DNA of 64,000 nt from a virus: the IMG/VR virus record IMGVR_UViG_3300045988_078601, positions 111,873-175,872 of that record. One strand, 5' to 3'. A program made the translations under genes and the position numbers. A model generated the notes under the pieces. That model saw nothing but the letters and a program-made list of their open reading frames with translations. It was not told the DNA's origin and did not search any database. Of the stretch, positions 31,274 to 41,706 are shown in pieces (position 1 is the stretch's first letter; each line of letters opens with the position of its first letter).

Positions 31274-32143
31274 TTACGCATTAAGCACAATTCCACGTTC
31301 CTTTGCAACTAACTCAATCTGTCTCATTCTCTCCTCCCATTGTTCGATATGGAACAAAACTTCGTTTTCAAGTCTAAACAAGACTTTATTGCGGAGCACA
31401 GTTAACTGGTCCGTAGTCAGGTCAGAATACTTTTTAGATTTCAGATTAACCATAGCACGAAGTTCACTATAGTTTAAACCAGTAGGCTTCACAGTCAAAC
31501 GAACACTAGGCTTAATACCCAAACGTTCCTTAATAACTTCAAGCTTACTTCTAGTATTTCCGTCCTTGTCTTTTACATCAAACTCCTTCATTTCCTCAGG
31601 AGTGAGATATACACCCATGTTCAGGATGAAACTAAATGTAATGTGCTTGTTATCAAAATAACCAAGTTGATCCAAACAACCATTAAGTACTTCATCAATA
31701 GAGATTCTACCGAACTCTCTAGGAAGCCCTCCAGAAATAGAAGAGATTGATATATCCTTCAATTCATTAGAAGGGAAATCTTCCTTATGGGTATTCATAT
31801 AGGATCTTATATCCTGAATATACAAATGTCTAGGATATGGCTTATTATCTGAACAAATAGAACCAGATTCTAGCTTACGCAAGAATAGCTCTACATTACA
31901 CTTTTTACGTTGTTCTTCTATAATCTTAAGGAGAACATATCTGCCGGGATTTAACTTATCTTCACTATAAAGCATAGACTTGCAATGCTTATAAAACGTA
32001 TTTAATTGTTCTTCACTGGCATCTAGCAAACGTATTTCCTCCTGAGTTCCGTCTGCTTTTCTTGCAAGTTTCCACACAAAAGACTTAGTGTCGTTATTTT
32101 TAGCTTCAATAGCTTCCATAAGTTTTTCTCTCATCACTGTCAT
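31274..32143 (-). CDS. hypothetical protein
   Basis: 289-aa ORF. Confidence 0.3.
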   Translation of the reverse strand: MTVMREKLMEAIEAKNNDTKSFVWKLARKADGTQEEIRLLDASEEQLNTFYKHCKSMLYSEDKLNPGRYVLLKIIEEQRKKCNVELFLRKLESGSICSDNKPYPRHLYIQDIRSYMNTHKEDFPSNELKDISISSISGGLPREFGRISIDEVLNGCLDQLGYFDNKHITFSFILNMGVYLTPEEMKEFDVKDKDGNTRSKLEVIKERLGIKPSVRLTVKPTGLNYSELRAMVNLKSKKYSDLTTDQLTVLRNKVLFRLENEVLFHIEQWEERMRQIELVAKERGIVLNA

Positions 32144-32187
32144 AATTCAATATACTTCTTCATACTTGTTTATTTTTAAAAGGTTAT

Positions 32188-32493
32188 CTACATTATATAC
32201 TTATGTTCTCGAGATTCAGGTTTTTGTACAAACTTGACGAACTGAATGCCATTATAGTTATACGGTATCATGTTTTGACCATCAAACCATTTATCTATTC
32301 CTGCACGAATTTCGACAAAGTTTAGATACCCAACTTCACCAATGTTAATATCTCGGTGATTCCAGTTTGGGTATCTGGTACACATTATATACCTAGACTT
32401 CTCAATCACTTCATTATCTAGACACTCAAACACATAGGTAATATACCCAAGAGTGTCCATCTCCTTGGCTACTAAACAAGCTAGCACTGTCAT
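32188..32493 (-). CDS. hypothetical protein
   Basis: 101-aa ORF. Confidence 0.25.
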   Translation of the reverse strand: MTVLACLVAKEMDTLGYITYVFECLDNEVIEKSRYIMCTRYPNWNHRDINIGEVGYLNFVEIRAGIDKWFDGQNMIPYNYNGIQFVKFVQKPESREHKYIM

Positions 32494-32496
32494 AGA

Positions 32497-32724
32497 CTAG
32501 CTTGACAGCTTAGGTTCCCTATAATAGGTACACCCATATGCTGCAAAATTAGACGAACATTTCTCTATCTCTGGAAAACAAGGATATCTAGAACAATTTT
32601 TACACTGTCTAGTAGGATATTTTAACTTTACCCCGTATTTATCCTTCTCTATTCCTACAGAACTTACTTTAACAATAGCCATATCACCAGTCCTACAGTT
32701 ACAGTTACTCCTCCAACTTTCCAA
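32497..32724 (-). CDS. Cys-rich zinc-ribbon-like small protein
   Basis: CNCRTG...CKNCSRYPC...EKC pattern. Confidence 0.25.
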   Translation of the reverse strand: MESWRSNCNCRTGDMAIVKVSSVGIEKDKYGVKLKYPTRQCKNCSRYPCFPEIEKCSSNFAAYGCTYYREPKLSS

Positions 32725-33068
32725 GCCATTATGGTCTTGTTTTTCTTCGAGATCTCCTTATTTAAGTTATCTATCTTTAAAGAATAGGCTTTTGATAATC
32801 TCTCGTAATTCTGGAGCTGCATAACTCTTAAAGAGTCAGATTGCATTAGTAACAGATTCTCTTCCTGATAGTTTTTAATCTGCTCAGATAAAAGATTGTT
32901 CTGACGTAGGAGCTTCCAATGTTCTGCGAATATTAGATTAGTTTCCTTGAGCTGACTTGAGGTTATTGATACTATCGAGTCTCGCCTGATTTCGTTTGAG
33001 GTATTCTGTGAAAAAGAGATAGTCGTCGCTAGTAGAATTGTTAATAACAATGTCACGAATTTCTTCAT
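32664..33068 (-). CDS. secreted/coiled-coil protein (signal-peptide-like N-terminus)
   Basis: MKKFVTLLLTILLATTISFSQ N-terminus; overlaps neighbouring TM ORF in a different frame. Confidence 0.3.
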   Translation of the reverse strand: MKKFVTLLLTILLATTISFSQNTSNEIRRDSIVSITSSQLKETNLIFAEHWKLLRQNNLLSEQIKNYQEENLLLMQSDSLRVMQLQNYERLSKAYSLKIDNLNKEISKKNKTIMAWKVGGVTVTVGLVIWLLLK

Positions 33069-33291
33069 AGTCTTTTTCAGTTTCGTTGAGATCTACATAC
33101 ACTGTATCAATCCTTCCTCGTATTGAGTCTCTCTTATTGCTTATAGATGAGAGCACAAGCTCTAGAGAATCTATCTTATCAATATACTCTCTAGTGCTGT
33201 ACTCTTCTTCATTAGGTCTAAAAATGATAAGACCAAATATTATATTAGCAACAATCGAAAAAGCTAGGATTATTTTCCAGACTTTTTGCAT
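32938..33291 (-). CDS. N-terminal TM protein with coiled coil (spanin/holin-like topology)
   Basis: WKIILAFSIVANIIFGLIIF TM helix followed by charged coiled-coil region. Confidence 0.3.
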   Translation of the reverse strand: MQKVWKIILAFSIVANIIFGLIIFRPNEEEYSTREYIDKIDSLELVLSSISNKRDSIRGRIDTVYVDLNETEKDYEEIRDIVINNSTSDDYLFFTEYLKRNQARLDSINNLKSAQGN

Positions 33292-33839
33292 TTCTTACCC
33301 TGCTCCTGATTTTTCAGCCAAGAGAGATAAGTGTTAACATTGTCCAAGAACTTTGGATTCTTCTTAACTCCGTCAACTACAATCTTCTCCACCTCACTGA
33401 AGTTTTCCTTCATTTCCTCCATGTTCTTTCTCTTCAGATAGCGAGCCTTAGAGTCATTGTATCCTTCAATATACAAATCAGGATTGCTCTTCAGATGCTC
33501 AGCTTCTTGCTCCAAGAATGCCCGGACAAGCTTAGTATTGATGTATCCGCGGTCTGATGCATAGAGAGCTACACCCGCATTCTTAGCACGAGCAATAGCT
33601 TTCAAAGTACCGACCTTTTCGTTGAATTCATCTTCCGGGTTACAGATAGAGATACCAACACGAACACCCTTTTCTGCGTATCCTACTACGTTAAGTTCAG
33701 CACCATTAGGCTGTACAATCATCAAAGAATCGCTAGTTTCTGTTTCAAAACCATCGCTTACAGCTGCGATAACGAAATGGTGAGTTTTACCTGCATAGTC
33801 AACAAAAGAATCCTTAATTACTTCAACATACTGTTTCAT
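33270..33839 (-). CDS. hypothetical protein
   Basis: 189-aa ORF. Confidence 0.3.
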   Translation of the reverse strand: MKQYVEVIKDSFVDYAGKTHHFVIAAVSDGFETETSDSLMIVQPNGAELNVVGYAEKGVRVGISICNPEDEFNEKVGTLKAIARAKNAGVALYASDRGYINTKLVRAFLEQEAEHLKSNPDLYIEGYNDSKARYLKRKNMEEMKENFSEVEKIVVDGVKKNPKFLDNVNTYLSWLKNQEQGKKCKKSGK

Positions 33840-34118
33840 TTTCTTCTAAGTTTTTTAGTTTTAATATTAGGTTTATATTCAGAGAGATTATTCTCTCTTA
33901 TAAATTGATAAGGAGCTCCTATTAAGGTAATCTCCTTCTCTACGGAGTATCCATCACATTTCTTAAATTTACTATGACACTTAATATCTAGAAGTTTATC
34001 AGATTTGAAAAATCTATTTCCTAACATACAGAATCCTGATTGCCAATATTTGTATATACAAACTTCGTATAGGAAATATGGAAGGACTTCTATTCTCGTG
34101 CCGTCGTAAACATAAGTC

Positions 34119-34571
34119 TTAGGCTCCTGGCCAGAATGGTTTTTCATTCGGACCATAAGTCTTACCGTTATAAGTATACTTGGATACCAAGCATTCGTTA
34201 ATACCAGTCTTCTTGTTTCTCTGGTAGTAATTTAACAAAATGCTTCTAATTTCATGCTGCCAACACTCAGTAGAGTAAGTAGTTTTAGGGAACTTATCAT
34301 TCTTCTTCAGTTGAATAATAAGCTTAGCTCTCACTGGAATGCTCTTCTCAGGAACAGTGTGAAAATGAATTCGTTCTCTGCTACTTCTACGAAGAGATTT
34401 CAGCAATCGTTGTTCATACGGGGTCTTTGTCCACACAGACTTATCTCTTGGAGTAAGTGCTGCAGGTCTAATTCCCAACTCAATCATAAGTGCATCATCA
34501 TGCACGTCTACCCAGCGATCCTCATCACGCTGGGGTGCCTTAGAAGGACTTTGAACATTTTCTTTTTTCAT
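34119..34571 (-). CDS. hypothetical basic protein
   Basis: 150-aa ORF. Confidence 0.25.
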   Translation of the reverse strand: MKKENVQSPSKAPQRDEDRWVDVHDDALMIELGIRPAALTPRDKSVWTKTPYEQRLLKSLRRSSRERIHFHTVPEKSIPVRAKLIIQLKKNDKFPKTTYSTECWQHEIRSILLNYYQRNKKTGINECLVSKYTYNGKTYGPNEKPFWPGA

Positions 34572-34691
34572 GCGTGTATATTACCACATTGAGTACATTT
34601 ATAAATTGCATATTGGTAGTTGTATAAAACATGTTTAACTACCTGTCTACACCTAGGACATTTCATTGTCTTGGTGGAAGGATAAACCACT

Positions 34692-35153
34692 TTATTCATA
34701 CTTTTTGAAAAATGAGTCTATAATTCCTTTTACAATTTTGTTATTACGGGTATCGTAGTACTTATTCCAAAACCCGTGCTTATAAATCCATCTAATATTC
34801 TTACAGGTAATGCCACTAATGTTATAACAGTGAAGCCCGTCTACGTCCCCTTCGTTGACACTACCTCCTCCAGTTATAGAGATACAGTAGTGTTCGCACG
34901 TATACAGCCCGATAACAGAACTCCTATTGCTGGATCTTAACATATTAGTGACTTCCTTAGTTATATCAGATTCGTCCCTGCATCCAAAGTTATAAACAGA
35001 AAGAGTATAATCTACTCCAAGTTTATCAAGATGCTTCGCTATAAGGTATGCTATATAGCAACAACCTCCACTATTTATATGATATAAATCATCTAGGAAG
35101 AGGCACAATTTATCTAGAGAATGCTTCAGATAATGAACATTTAAACTCCGCAT
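34692..35153 (-). CDS. Cys/His-rich protein, possible papain-like/transglutaminase-like peptidase
   Basis: GGCCYIAY ... CEHYC ... DVDGLHCY arrangement resembling a Cys-His-Asp triad; weak. Confidence 0.25.
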   Translation of the reverse strand: MRSLNVHYLKHSLDKLCLFLDDLYHINSGGCCYIAYLIAKHLDKLGVDYTLSVYNFGCRDESDITKEVTNMLRSSNRSSVIGLYTCEHYCISITGGGSVNEGDVDGLHCYNISGITCKNIRWIYKHGFWNKYYDTRNNKIVKGIIDSFFKKYE

Positions 35154-36105
35154 AATGTCTTTAGTGAATCTAGTTCTCTTGTGAATTCTTGGAAATACGT
35201 AAGAAGTGTAACTGCTTCATTCTCATGATTTAAACTTACACGATAATGAGCAATCTTTCTTATAGCATGGTCCAAGCATATCCCGTAAGCTACATTTTTG
35301 AATTCTTGCCTTGCCTCTTTTCCCTTAGGACGTACTGTGTACAGTAGTTCTAGGTCAAATCTTGTAGAAGAATCGCTTGTAGGTATAAGTCTAAAATCCT
35401 TTTCCTCAATTACCATACATGCAAAATTAATCGCTTACCCGGTTAAAGTAAAATTCTCCATCTATTTTAAACTTAGTAAAGAATTCATAGCATATATTTA
35501 CAGTTCCCACAAACTCACCACTTTCAACATCATACATTTTGCAGAGATAATCTTCTCCAGTATCCTCCGGAACAATTCTACAAAAGGAGCTCTGTATAGA
35601 ATCCTTAGTTATAGTAAGGTCCTCATTTTCTTTGATATATCTAGAGAAGCAGTCATTCTGTCTAACAGTAGTAGGGAAACCTATAGCGCCAGAAGCTATA
35701 TACCACTTATTCTTAATTTTCTTTAATACCACCCTTAACATATAGCTTATTCTGTATATAGTTAGCTAGATCAGATATTCTCGTAGACCTGTCAGTATAA
35801 ATACTGTCATCAATAGTAATACGATATATACCCTCTAGCATAGATCGAAACAATTCAGTATCTAAGCTGTCCATGTAAACATCACTGATAACACTAGACT
35901 CATCCAGTTTTACAGGGTAGCCTAGGTCTTCAGTGATGACTGATATTATAGTGGAGGTAATCGTTTTTAAATTATTTGCTGCCACTTATAATACGTTGTT
36001 TAATACTTCCAGGACGTGTAGTAGCATCTTTATACTTCTGATCTTGCTTGTCCCACCAGGCTTGTGCTGCCTTCAGGTTTTCAACTTTCTTTCTGTACTT
36101 CATAA

Positions 36106-36555
36106 TTATTTTCTTTTAAGTCCAAATTTTGCCCATTGTAATACAAATCCCAGATGGCTCCAGAGGTCGTTTATCACTTCCTCCATAGCATACTTCTTAC
36201 CTAACTCCTCACTATAGTTTTTAGGATCAACGCAAGAACTGTGTCTTACAGTATCAAACCCAGTAAGAGTGTGAGCATTCACAACAGTAGTTTTATCTCC
36301 TACTGTCATTACGTCAACGTCAGTAATAAAGTTTTCAACATCTTCTTTAAGAATCTTAGTACCATCATTTTTCTCAGAAAGACGGTAAAATTCTTTGTTT
36401 GCAACATCGCTCGGAATCCACTCGCGTTTCCCATTAGGGTAAGTTACTCCAAACCCCATATCAGTAGACATACCATGAGCGGTATATCCAGCTTCAGCAG
36501 CCTGACCACAAGTCATAGGCTGAATATCAACCATTTCTACTTTTAGTGCTTTCAT
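36106..36555 (-). CDS. hypothetical protein
   Basis: 149-aa ORF. Confidence 0.3.
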   Translation of the reverse strand: MKALKVEMVDIQPMTCGQAAEAGYTAHGMSTDMGFGVTYPNGKREWIPSDVANKEFYRLSEKNDGTKILKEDVENFITDVDVMTVGDKTTVVNAHTLTGFDTVRHSSCVDPKNYSEELGKKYAMEEVINDLWSHLGFVLQWAKFGLKRK

Positions 36556-37391
36556 ACGATATCAATTTGAGTTACGTTTTCTGGAAGAGAAGTAGACTGT
36601 TTTTCAAACTCAGCTCTCCAATCCTTATAAGAGTTAGTAAACCACACGTGGTTAAAGTTCTTAGAAAGATTTTCAATACCTTTAGGGTTTACCATATGAC
36701 ATACAACAATGTTGACATCCGCCTTAGGATCAATTTCTCTTATAGCCTGAGCTAACCCAACAAACGTTCCTCCTCCATCACACAAATCATCTTCTATAAG
36801 AAGAGGTCTACCATCAATTACCTCTGGATTCTTAATCTTAATAGATTCAATCTTACCAGTAGTAACATTACGAACCTTTTCTCCAATTACTATACCTTCA
36901 GGCATATCATCAGCAGTGGCTCTTTCTACAGCACCTGCATCAGGCAGAACAATCTGATAATCATTGAATGTGGTATTTACCATATTATCAAGCCTATCAG
37001 GGTTTATCTGCGCGACACTTGTATACCTAAATAGGTCTAATGCTGTACTAGAGTGAGGACAAAACAGGTAAATCCCGTACGCTCCCAAATTATCAAGCAC
37101 ATGTACTACCATGTTTAGAGTATAGGGGCGATCAAAGCTCATTACTCTATCCATTCTCATACCCATGAGATAGTAAATAGAGATTGAAAATCTCATCCCA
37201 TGCCTTCTGAGAATGTCAGATACCTGCATAAGTATAAACAACTCTTCAGCACTAGTAATTCTACATCTTACGTTTATTTCGTCCTTATGGCTAAACTCAC
37301 CCAGAGTTATTTGTACTTCACCATCAGGGAATCTGGAAATGGAGTAATCAACATCACCCCTTTCCTTGTTGATTAGGTTTAGAATCTGCAT
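36552..37391 (-). CDS. divergent ribose-phosphate pyrophosphokinase (Prs-family); candidate ADP-ribose pyrophosphokinase Adps of a NARP1-type NAD+ reconstitution pathway
   Basis: RFPDGEVQITLGE (Prs N-domain) and PRPP-binding loop LLIEDDLCDGGGTF; 279 aa, shorter and diverged relative to canonical Prs; adjacent to a NAMPT homologue. Confidence 0.65.
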   Translation of the reverse strand: MQILNLINKERGDVDYSISRFPDGEVQITLGEFSHKDEINVRCRITSAEELFILMQVSDILRRHGMRFSISIYYLMGMRMDRVMSFDRPYTLNMVVHVLDNLGAYGIYLFCPHSSTALDLFRYTSVAQINPDRLDNMVNTTFNDYQIVLPDAGAVERATADDMPEGIVIGEKVRNVTTGKIESIKIKNPEVIDGRPLLIEDDLCDGGGTFVGLAQAIREIDPKADVNIVVCHMVNPKGIENLSKNFNHVWFTNSYKDWRAEFEKQSTSLPENVTQIDIV

Positions 37392-37785
37392 AATTCAAGA
37401 TACTTTTTAATATAAGATAGGCACTTTGCAAACCAGCCCTATCATCGAGAAGTAAACTAAAGAATGGTTTCTTAGTCCCTTTAAGAAGAGGACTTTCGTT
37501 AACATAATCTGGAGCAATACCAAAATGTTTACAATAGTCAATCTTCCACTTCAACCAGTTTTCATCTAGCTCTGAAGTGTAAAGACATAAGGTCCAACCT
37601 CTGTCCTTGCAATCTTTTAAAGCATCAATAATGTCTTTGTAGTTACCACCATTATTGTGCACATCGAAGATTGTATTGTCAAAGTCGAACCCTATGACTA
37701 AGCTACCATGAGTGTTCAGTTCTTTCTCTAAACGTCTTATACAATTATAGTCACAAAACGGATGATTAAAAGATTCGTTACTCAT
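37354..37785 (-). CDS. HAD-like hydrolase
   Basis: DxDxT motif LVIGFDFDNTIF; 143 aa. Confidence 0.45.
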   Translation of the reverse strand: MSNESFNHPFCDYNCIRRLEKELNTHGSLVIGFDFDNTIFDVHNNGGNYKDIIDALKDCKDRGWTLCLYTSELDENWLKWKIDYCKHFGIAPDYVNESPLLKGTKKPFFSLLLDDRAGLQSAYLILKSILNYADSKPNQQGKG

Positions 37786-39335
37786 TATAGCGTAGAGTTA
37801 ATACGTTCTCTAATTTCACTAAGAGTGTGATCTCGCATTAGTTTTCCGTTTACGAATACAGGCTCAAGAGCTCCAGCCATTTCCTCTTCTTCAGATACTC
37901 CATCGACTGCTACGTATTTACCATCCTTCTCATAGATAGCAATAAGACCTTTCAAAGAGTTCTTAGTACCGTCATCAGTCTTAGGTTGCTTAAATATTTC
38001 TACAAGCTGGCCATTTACTTTACAAGCTGTAGCCTTAACTGCGAAACCAAGAGAGTCTCTTGACTTGAACTGATAAGTAAACGAACCAACTCCAAGAACC
38101 AGATTACAAGCAGCCATATTAGCACCTTCAAGACGCATATAGATTTGCTTCTGACGTTCTAGAGTAATAGAGTCACCATAGAGCAGTCCAACTTTAGATG
38201 AAGGGTAACGGAAACCTTTCTCAGTAGTATTCCAGCCAAATGTCTTTCCGAGCATATAGTAAGCGCCATAATACTGTCCTTCTGATACCTCTACATACTC
38301 AGAATCAATATCAAATGGAGCATAGCAACAGTAGTAACGACCTTCTACAATGCGAGTATTAAAGTGTGGATTAGTTCTTAGTCCACAGATAATATCCACA
38401 GGGTCACCACTATCAGGACGGATAACAACACGACCATCGCGTGCCATAATCTCTTTCTTCAATTTAGGAAGAAAGTCTTCTACTACCTGCCAGAAATCCC
38501 AAGTATCTGATACTATACTTACGATTCCTTTAGGATATACGTCACAGATAAGACGGCGGAATGTTTCAATCTCCCCATCCTTGCCACCTGCACACATTAC
38601 ACTATGTTCAGTTGCGGGGACGGTTGCAGCCACAAGTTCCTTAGAAGAGTCTGCGTTGTAGTATTCTTCCAAGGCACGAATGGCCGGAATGGTTTCACTG
38701 CCACAGAACGAAGTCATATGAGCCATACCAGACATAATGGCAGCTTCGATACCAGCCATCCCCCTCATAGAGAAGTCATGACAAGAAAAGTCAATATTCA
38801 CATCAGTAGGGAAACCAGTACGGTCTGCATGACGTCTGAGTTCCTTCTTATACAGACGAGCAGATGTCGCAGATGTACACGGAAGCCACAAAGTACAACT
38901 TATAAGAGTCTCCAGATAGTTAGTAAGCCAAAAGAACTCCGGAAGTGTATTCTTAATAGTCATCATCGGAACCCTAATCGGACAGATTGAACCTTCAGGG
39001 AGAGCCTTGATTTCTATAGGCAAATAACCAAGATCATGCAAAGCTTCTATATGTTCAATACCGACATTTTCAATGCCGACAAAGTTATTTACTCTGTCAT
39101 AGAACTCTTTGACAGCTTGCTCTTTCGGAAGTTTAAAGAACTTCTTGTTGAACTGTTTAATCAAATACTCTTTTACCAAGTATTGAATACCAAACACTAC
39201 TGAACCTTCACTAGCTTCTGGAAAATACTTACAACTACGTGGAGTCCAATTTGAATAAACCATTTCAGTTCCTTTTGGATACTGAAAGTGATGACCGAGT
39301 TTATAACCATCGGTCAAAAGAATTGTTTCTTTCAT
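37785..39335 (-). CDS. nicotinamide phosphoribosyltransferase family protein (NAMPT/Namat-like)
   Basis: ILLTDGYKLGHHFQYP, LPIEIKALPEG, VIRPDSGDP closely match conserved NAMPT segments; 516 aa. Confidence 0.85.
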   Translation of the reverse strand: MKETILLTDGYKLGHHFQYPKGTEMVYSNWTPRSCKYFPEASEGSVVFGIQYLVKEYLIKQFNKKFFKLPKEQAVKEFYDRVNNFVGIENVGIEHIEALHDLGYLPIEIKALPEGSICPIRVPMMTIKNTLPEFFWLTNYLETLISCTLWLPCTSATSARLYKKELRRHADRTGFPTDVNIDFSCHDFSMRGMAGIEAAIMSGMAHMTSFCGSETIPAIRALEEYYNADSSKELVAATVPATEHSVMCAGGKDGEIETFRRLICDVYPKGIVSIVSDTWDFWQVVEDFLPKLKKEIMARDGRVVIRPDSGDPVDIICGLRTNPHFNTRIVEGRYYCCYAPFDIDSEYVEVSEGQYYGAYYMLGKTFGWNTTEKGFRYPSSKVGLLYGDSITLERQKQIYMRLEGANMAACNLVLGVGSFTYQFKSRDSLGFAVKATACKVNGQLVEIFKQPKTDDGTKNSLKGLIAIYEKDGKYVAVDGVSEEEEMAGALEPVFVNGKLMRDHTLSEIRERINSTL

Positions 39336-39336
39336 C

Positions 39337-39606
39337 TTATTTGTTATTACTAGAATTAGTTAATACTTCATAATTATGACATGCCCCTATAACTTCACCA
39401 TTAGGCATAGTTACCCAGACATAGCAATCGGTACCACCATAAGGCTCTAAACACCCTTTACTACCATCTGCATGATTTCCAAAATTAGCACAGGATTTAC
39501 ATGCATTTGTATATTCTTTAGGGTCTCCAGGAAATCCCATGCACCCTGTTACCTTTCCACCCTTCTTAAGAAGAGTTTCAATCGAATAATCTACTATATT
39601 ACTCAT
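39337..39606 (-). CDS. Cys-rich small protein
   Basis: 89 aa with 8 Cys. Confidence 0.25.
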   Translation of the reverse strand: MSNIVDYSIETLLKKGGKVTGCMGFPGDPKEYTNACKSCANFGNHADGSKGCLEPYGGTDCYVWVTMPNGEVIGACHNYEVLTNSSNNK

Positions 39607-39852
39607 AGAATAATCGTTAAATTCCTTTTACAACTATATAATATTTGTCCTTAGAGTTCTCAACATACGGATTTGGATAAACATGCTCTGCTACTATACA
39701 GGCTTGTATTCGCTCTATTCCAGGTTTCATCTCTGGATGAAGTCCAAAGTCACAGTATATAATAGAACTCGGAGTTGTGAAATTAATTTCATGAGTACAC
39801 AAAGCCCCAGGACCGTTATAATTTTCTATAAATTCGTAAAATCTTTCTTTAC

Positions 39853-40365
39853 TTACCTCCATAATATATCTGCAAATTCAATTGCTTCTTTTAAACTTTT
39901 TCCTGTGTGGAATCCATAAAAGATGTTAGATACATAAGACTTAGTATCCTCATGCATCTTTAGCTTAGAACTACATGAGTTCCACCAATCTATCTCGTTT
40001 CTGGGATTTCCTCCATAGGTTTTACAAGCAGCTAGGTAATCACACACTAACTCTAAAGCGTACTTTCTAGGCATTTTAGCTGGAATACCACCACTATCAA
40101 GGCTATGAATCCAATACTCATAATGATGTGGATTTCTTCCTCTATGATGCAGAAATGTCTCAGAATAACCATTTATTCTGGTTTCATTTTCTAGCGAACT
40201 TACTTTATCGTCCCAATATTTTATAGAACGACTAAACTCAGTTCTGCTAAATTTAGATAAGTCATGTGTTATTCCCTGCCAGTATAAACCTGCTTGGAAG
40301 CAATAATATGCTACCCAGAACTTATGGACCAAAATTCGTTTTAATAATTTTAATACTTTTATCAT
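39853..40365 (-). CDS. HD-domain phosphohydrolase-like protein
   Basis: GITHDLSKF (H..HD) and FLHHRGRNPHHYEYW histidine clusters; 170 aa. Confidence 0.4.
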   Translation of the reverse strand: MIKVLKLLKRILVHKFWVAYYCFQAGLYWQGITHDLSKFSRTEFSRSIKYWDDKVSSLENETRINGYSETFLHHRGRNPHHYEYWIHSLDSGGIPAKMPRKYALELVCDYLAACKTYGGNPRNEIDWWNSCSSKLKMHEDTKSYVSNIFYGFHTGKSLKEAIEFADILWR

Positions 40366-40367
40366 TC

Positions 40368-40781
40368 TTATATTGACTGAGAAGCCTTTACGGCTAACTT
40401 ATCGCAGTACTCATTCCACTTATCTCCGTCATGTCCTTTTACATGCTCAAAACGTATATCTGGACACAAAGTCTTTACTCGTTCATACTGAGTGTCAAAT
40501 TCTTGCCAAAGTTTTACGTTTTTCTTTCTCTTCCAACCTTTAGTAGCGCAACCAATCACGTACATGGAATCAGTAACAATAGTTAAGGAATCTATAGGAT
40601 TCTTAATTAATCGAAGCCCTATAATAACTGCTCCTAATTCCATCATGTTATTGGTAACGCTCTTATACATCTTAGAATACTCTAGTATTTTCTCCCCATT
40701 TTTTAAAAATACTAACCCTATTCCTCCCTGATCACGAGCAGAGGAATATGCACCATCAGTTATTAATGTATATTGCGTCAT
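40368..40781 (-). CDS. rnhA: ribonuclease H (RNase HI-like)
   Basis: TLITDGAY...ELGAVIIGL...IVTDSMYV...GHDGDKWNEYCDKLA catalytic DEDD pattern. Confidence 0.8.
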   Translation of the reverse strand: MTQYTLITDGAYSSARDQGGIGLVFLKNGEKILEYSKMYKSVTNNMMELGAVIIGLRLIKNPIDSLTIVTDSMYVIGCATKGWKRKKNVKLWQEFDTQYERVKTLCPDIRFEHVKGHDGDKWNEYCDKLAVKASQSI

Positions 40782-41004
40782 TCCAATGAGTAATTAACAC
40801 CCAGATGAGTATTGAAACTGCTATCAACAAAGCAATTTGTACAAAAGATACAGATATACAATACGCTCTGCTAGCTTGTTCTTCTGGATGTCTGTATCCT
40901 AAATTCCTATAATATCTGACCATTCGTCTAAAGTTGATCTCTGCTTTTACCAGAATAATTACTATAACTATAGCAATATATCCTATTAATTCTCCTAGTA
41001 TCAT
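40756..41004 (-). CDS. small membrane protein (start moved to internal Met at 41004)
   Basis: MILGELIGYIAIVIVIILV TM helix; original ORF N-terminus would run through a terminator hairpin. Confidence 0.3.
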   Translation of the reverse strand: MILGELIGYIAIVIVIILVKAEINFRRMVRYYRNLGYRHPEEQASRAYCISVSFVQIALLIAVSILIWVLITHWNDAIYINN

Positions 41005-41012
41005 AAAATCTG

Positions 41013-41058
41013 AAAAAAAAAAAGAGTCCCTGCAAGAGTAAACACTCTCACAGAGACT
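41013..41058 (-). terminator. rho-independent terminator downstream of 41073..41444
   Basis: Minus-strand imperfect hairpin GAGTCTCTGTGAGAGTG-TTTA-CTCTTGCAGGGACTC followed by T11. Confidence 0.55.
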
Positions 41059-41072
41059 CAATGTTAAACGCA

Positions 41073-41444
41073 TTAAGACTTGAGATAGTTCACTACCGAT
41101 TGTAATTTGTCCGCATCTTGTTTGTTGAATATAAATTCATCAAAGTGCCCATAACGACACTTATAACCGAAAATATACTTAACAGCCATTTTAATGCGTT
41201 TCCAGATATTATACTCTGGAGTTAAATGTACTGATACATATACATCTTTATCTTCGTCGTCCGGAAAATAAGAGAAGATTAACTGATGTTCTGTATTATT
41301 ACACTGACAAATAAATAATTCATGTTTATATTCCATGATTGAATTATTTTTTACAAGGTACCTATTATCTCTAGTGCTTAATTCCTTACGGAATACCTTT
41401 ATATTTAACTTCATATAAATTTGTTTTAAACCCCCTAACTGCAC
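41073..41444 (-). CDS. hypothetical protein
   Basis: 123-aa ORF. Confidence 0.3.
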   Translation of the reverse strand: MQLGGLKQIYMKLNIKVFRKELSTRDNRYLVKNNSIMEYKHELFICQCNNTEHQLIFSYFPDDEDKDVYVSVHLTPEYNIWKRIKMAVKYIFGYKCRYGHFDEFIFNKQDADKLQSVVNYLKS

Positions 41445-41706
41445 TCCTAGGAAATTACTCCGTGGACTGTCGCCAGTAGGCTCAAGGGCTCAGGTTTGGG
41501 GTTAATCTACTTTAGCCCCTTGTTCGACTATTCTTTTTAAAGTTTCACTAGGTTCTTCATAGAATCTATCTATAACCTCAGTATAACTAGCTTCTGGAGA
41601 TAGAACTATAGTTCTTCCATCAATTATATGGAGATTCCATAAAGCCTGAATGAACCTAATATCAGGATTAGCTTCTAGATAATCCTTTAAGAGCTGTAAT
41701 AGCTTT

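Noticed and set aside
32664-33291. Calling 32664..33068 and 32938..33291 a definite spanin pair (lysis module)
   Set aside because: Overlapping TM and secreted ORFs have spanin-like topology, but no lipobox Cys, endolysin or holin is adjacent; kept as low-confidence hypotheticals
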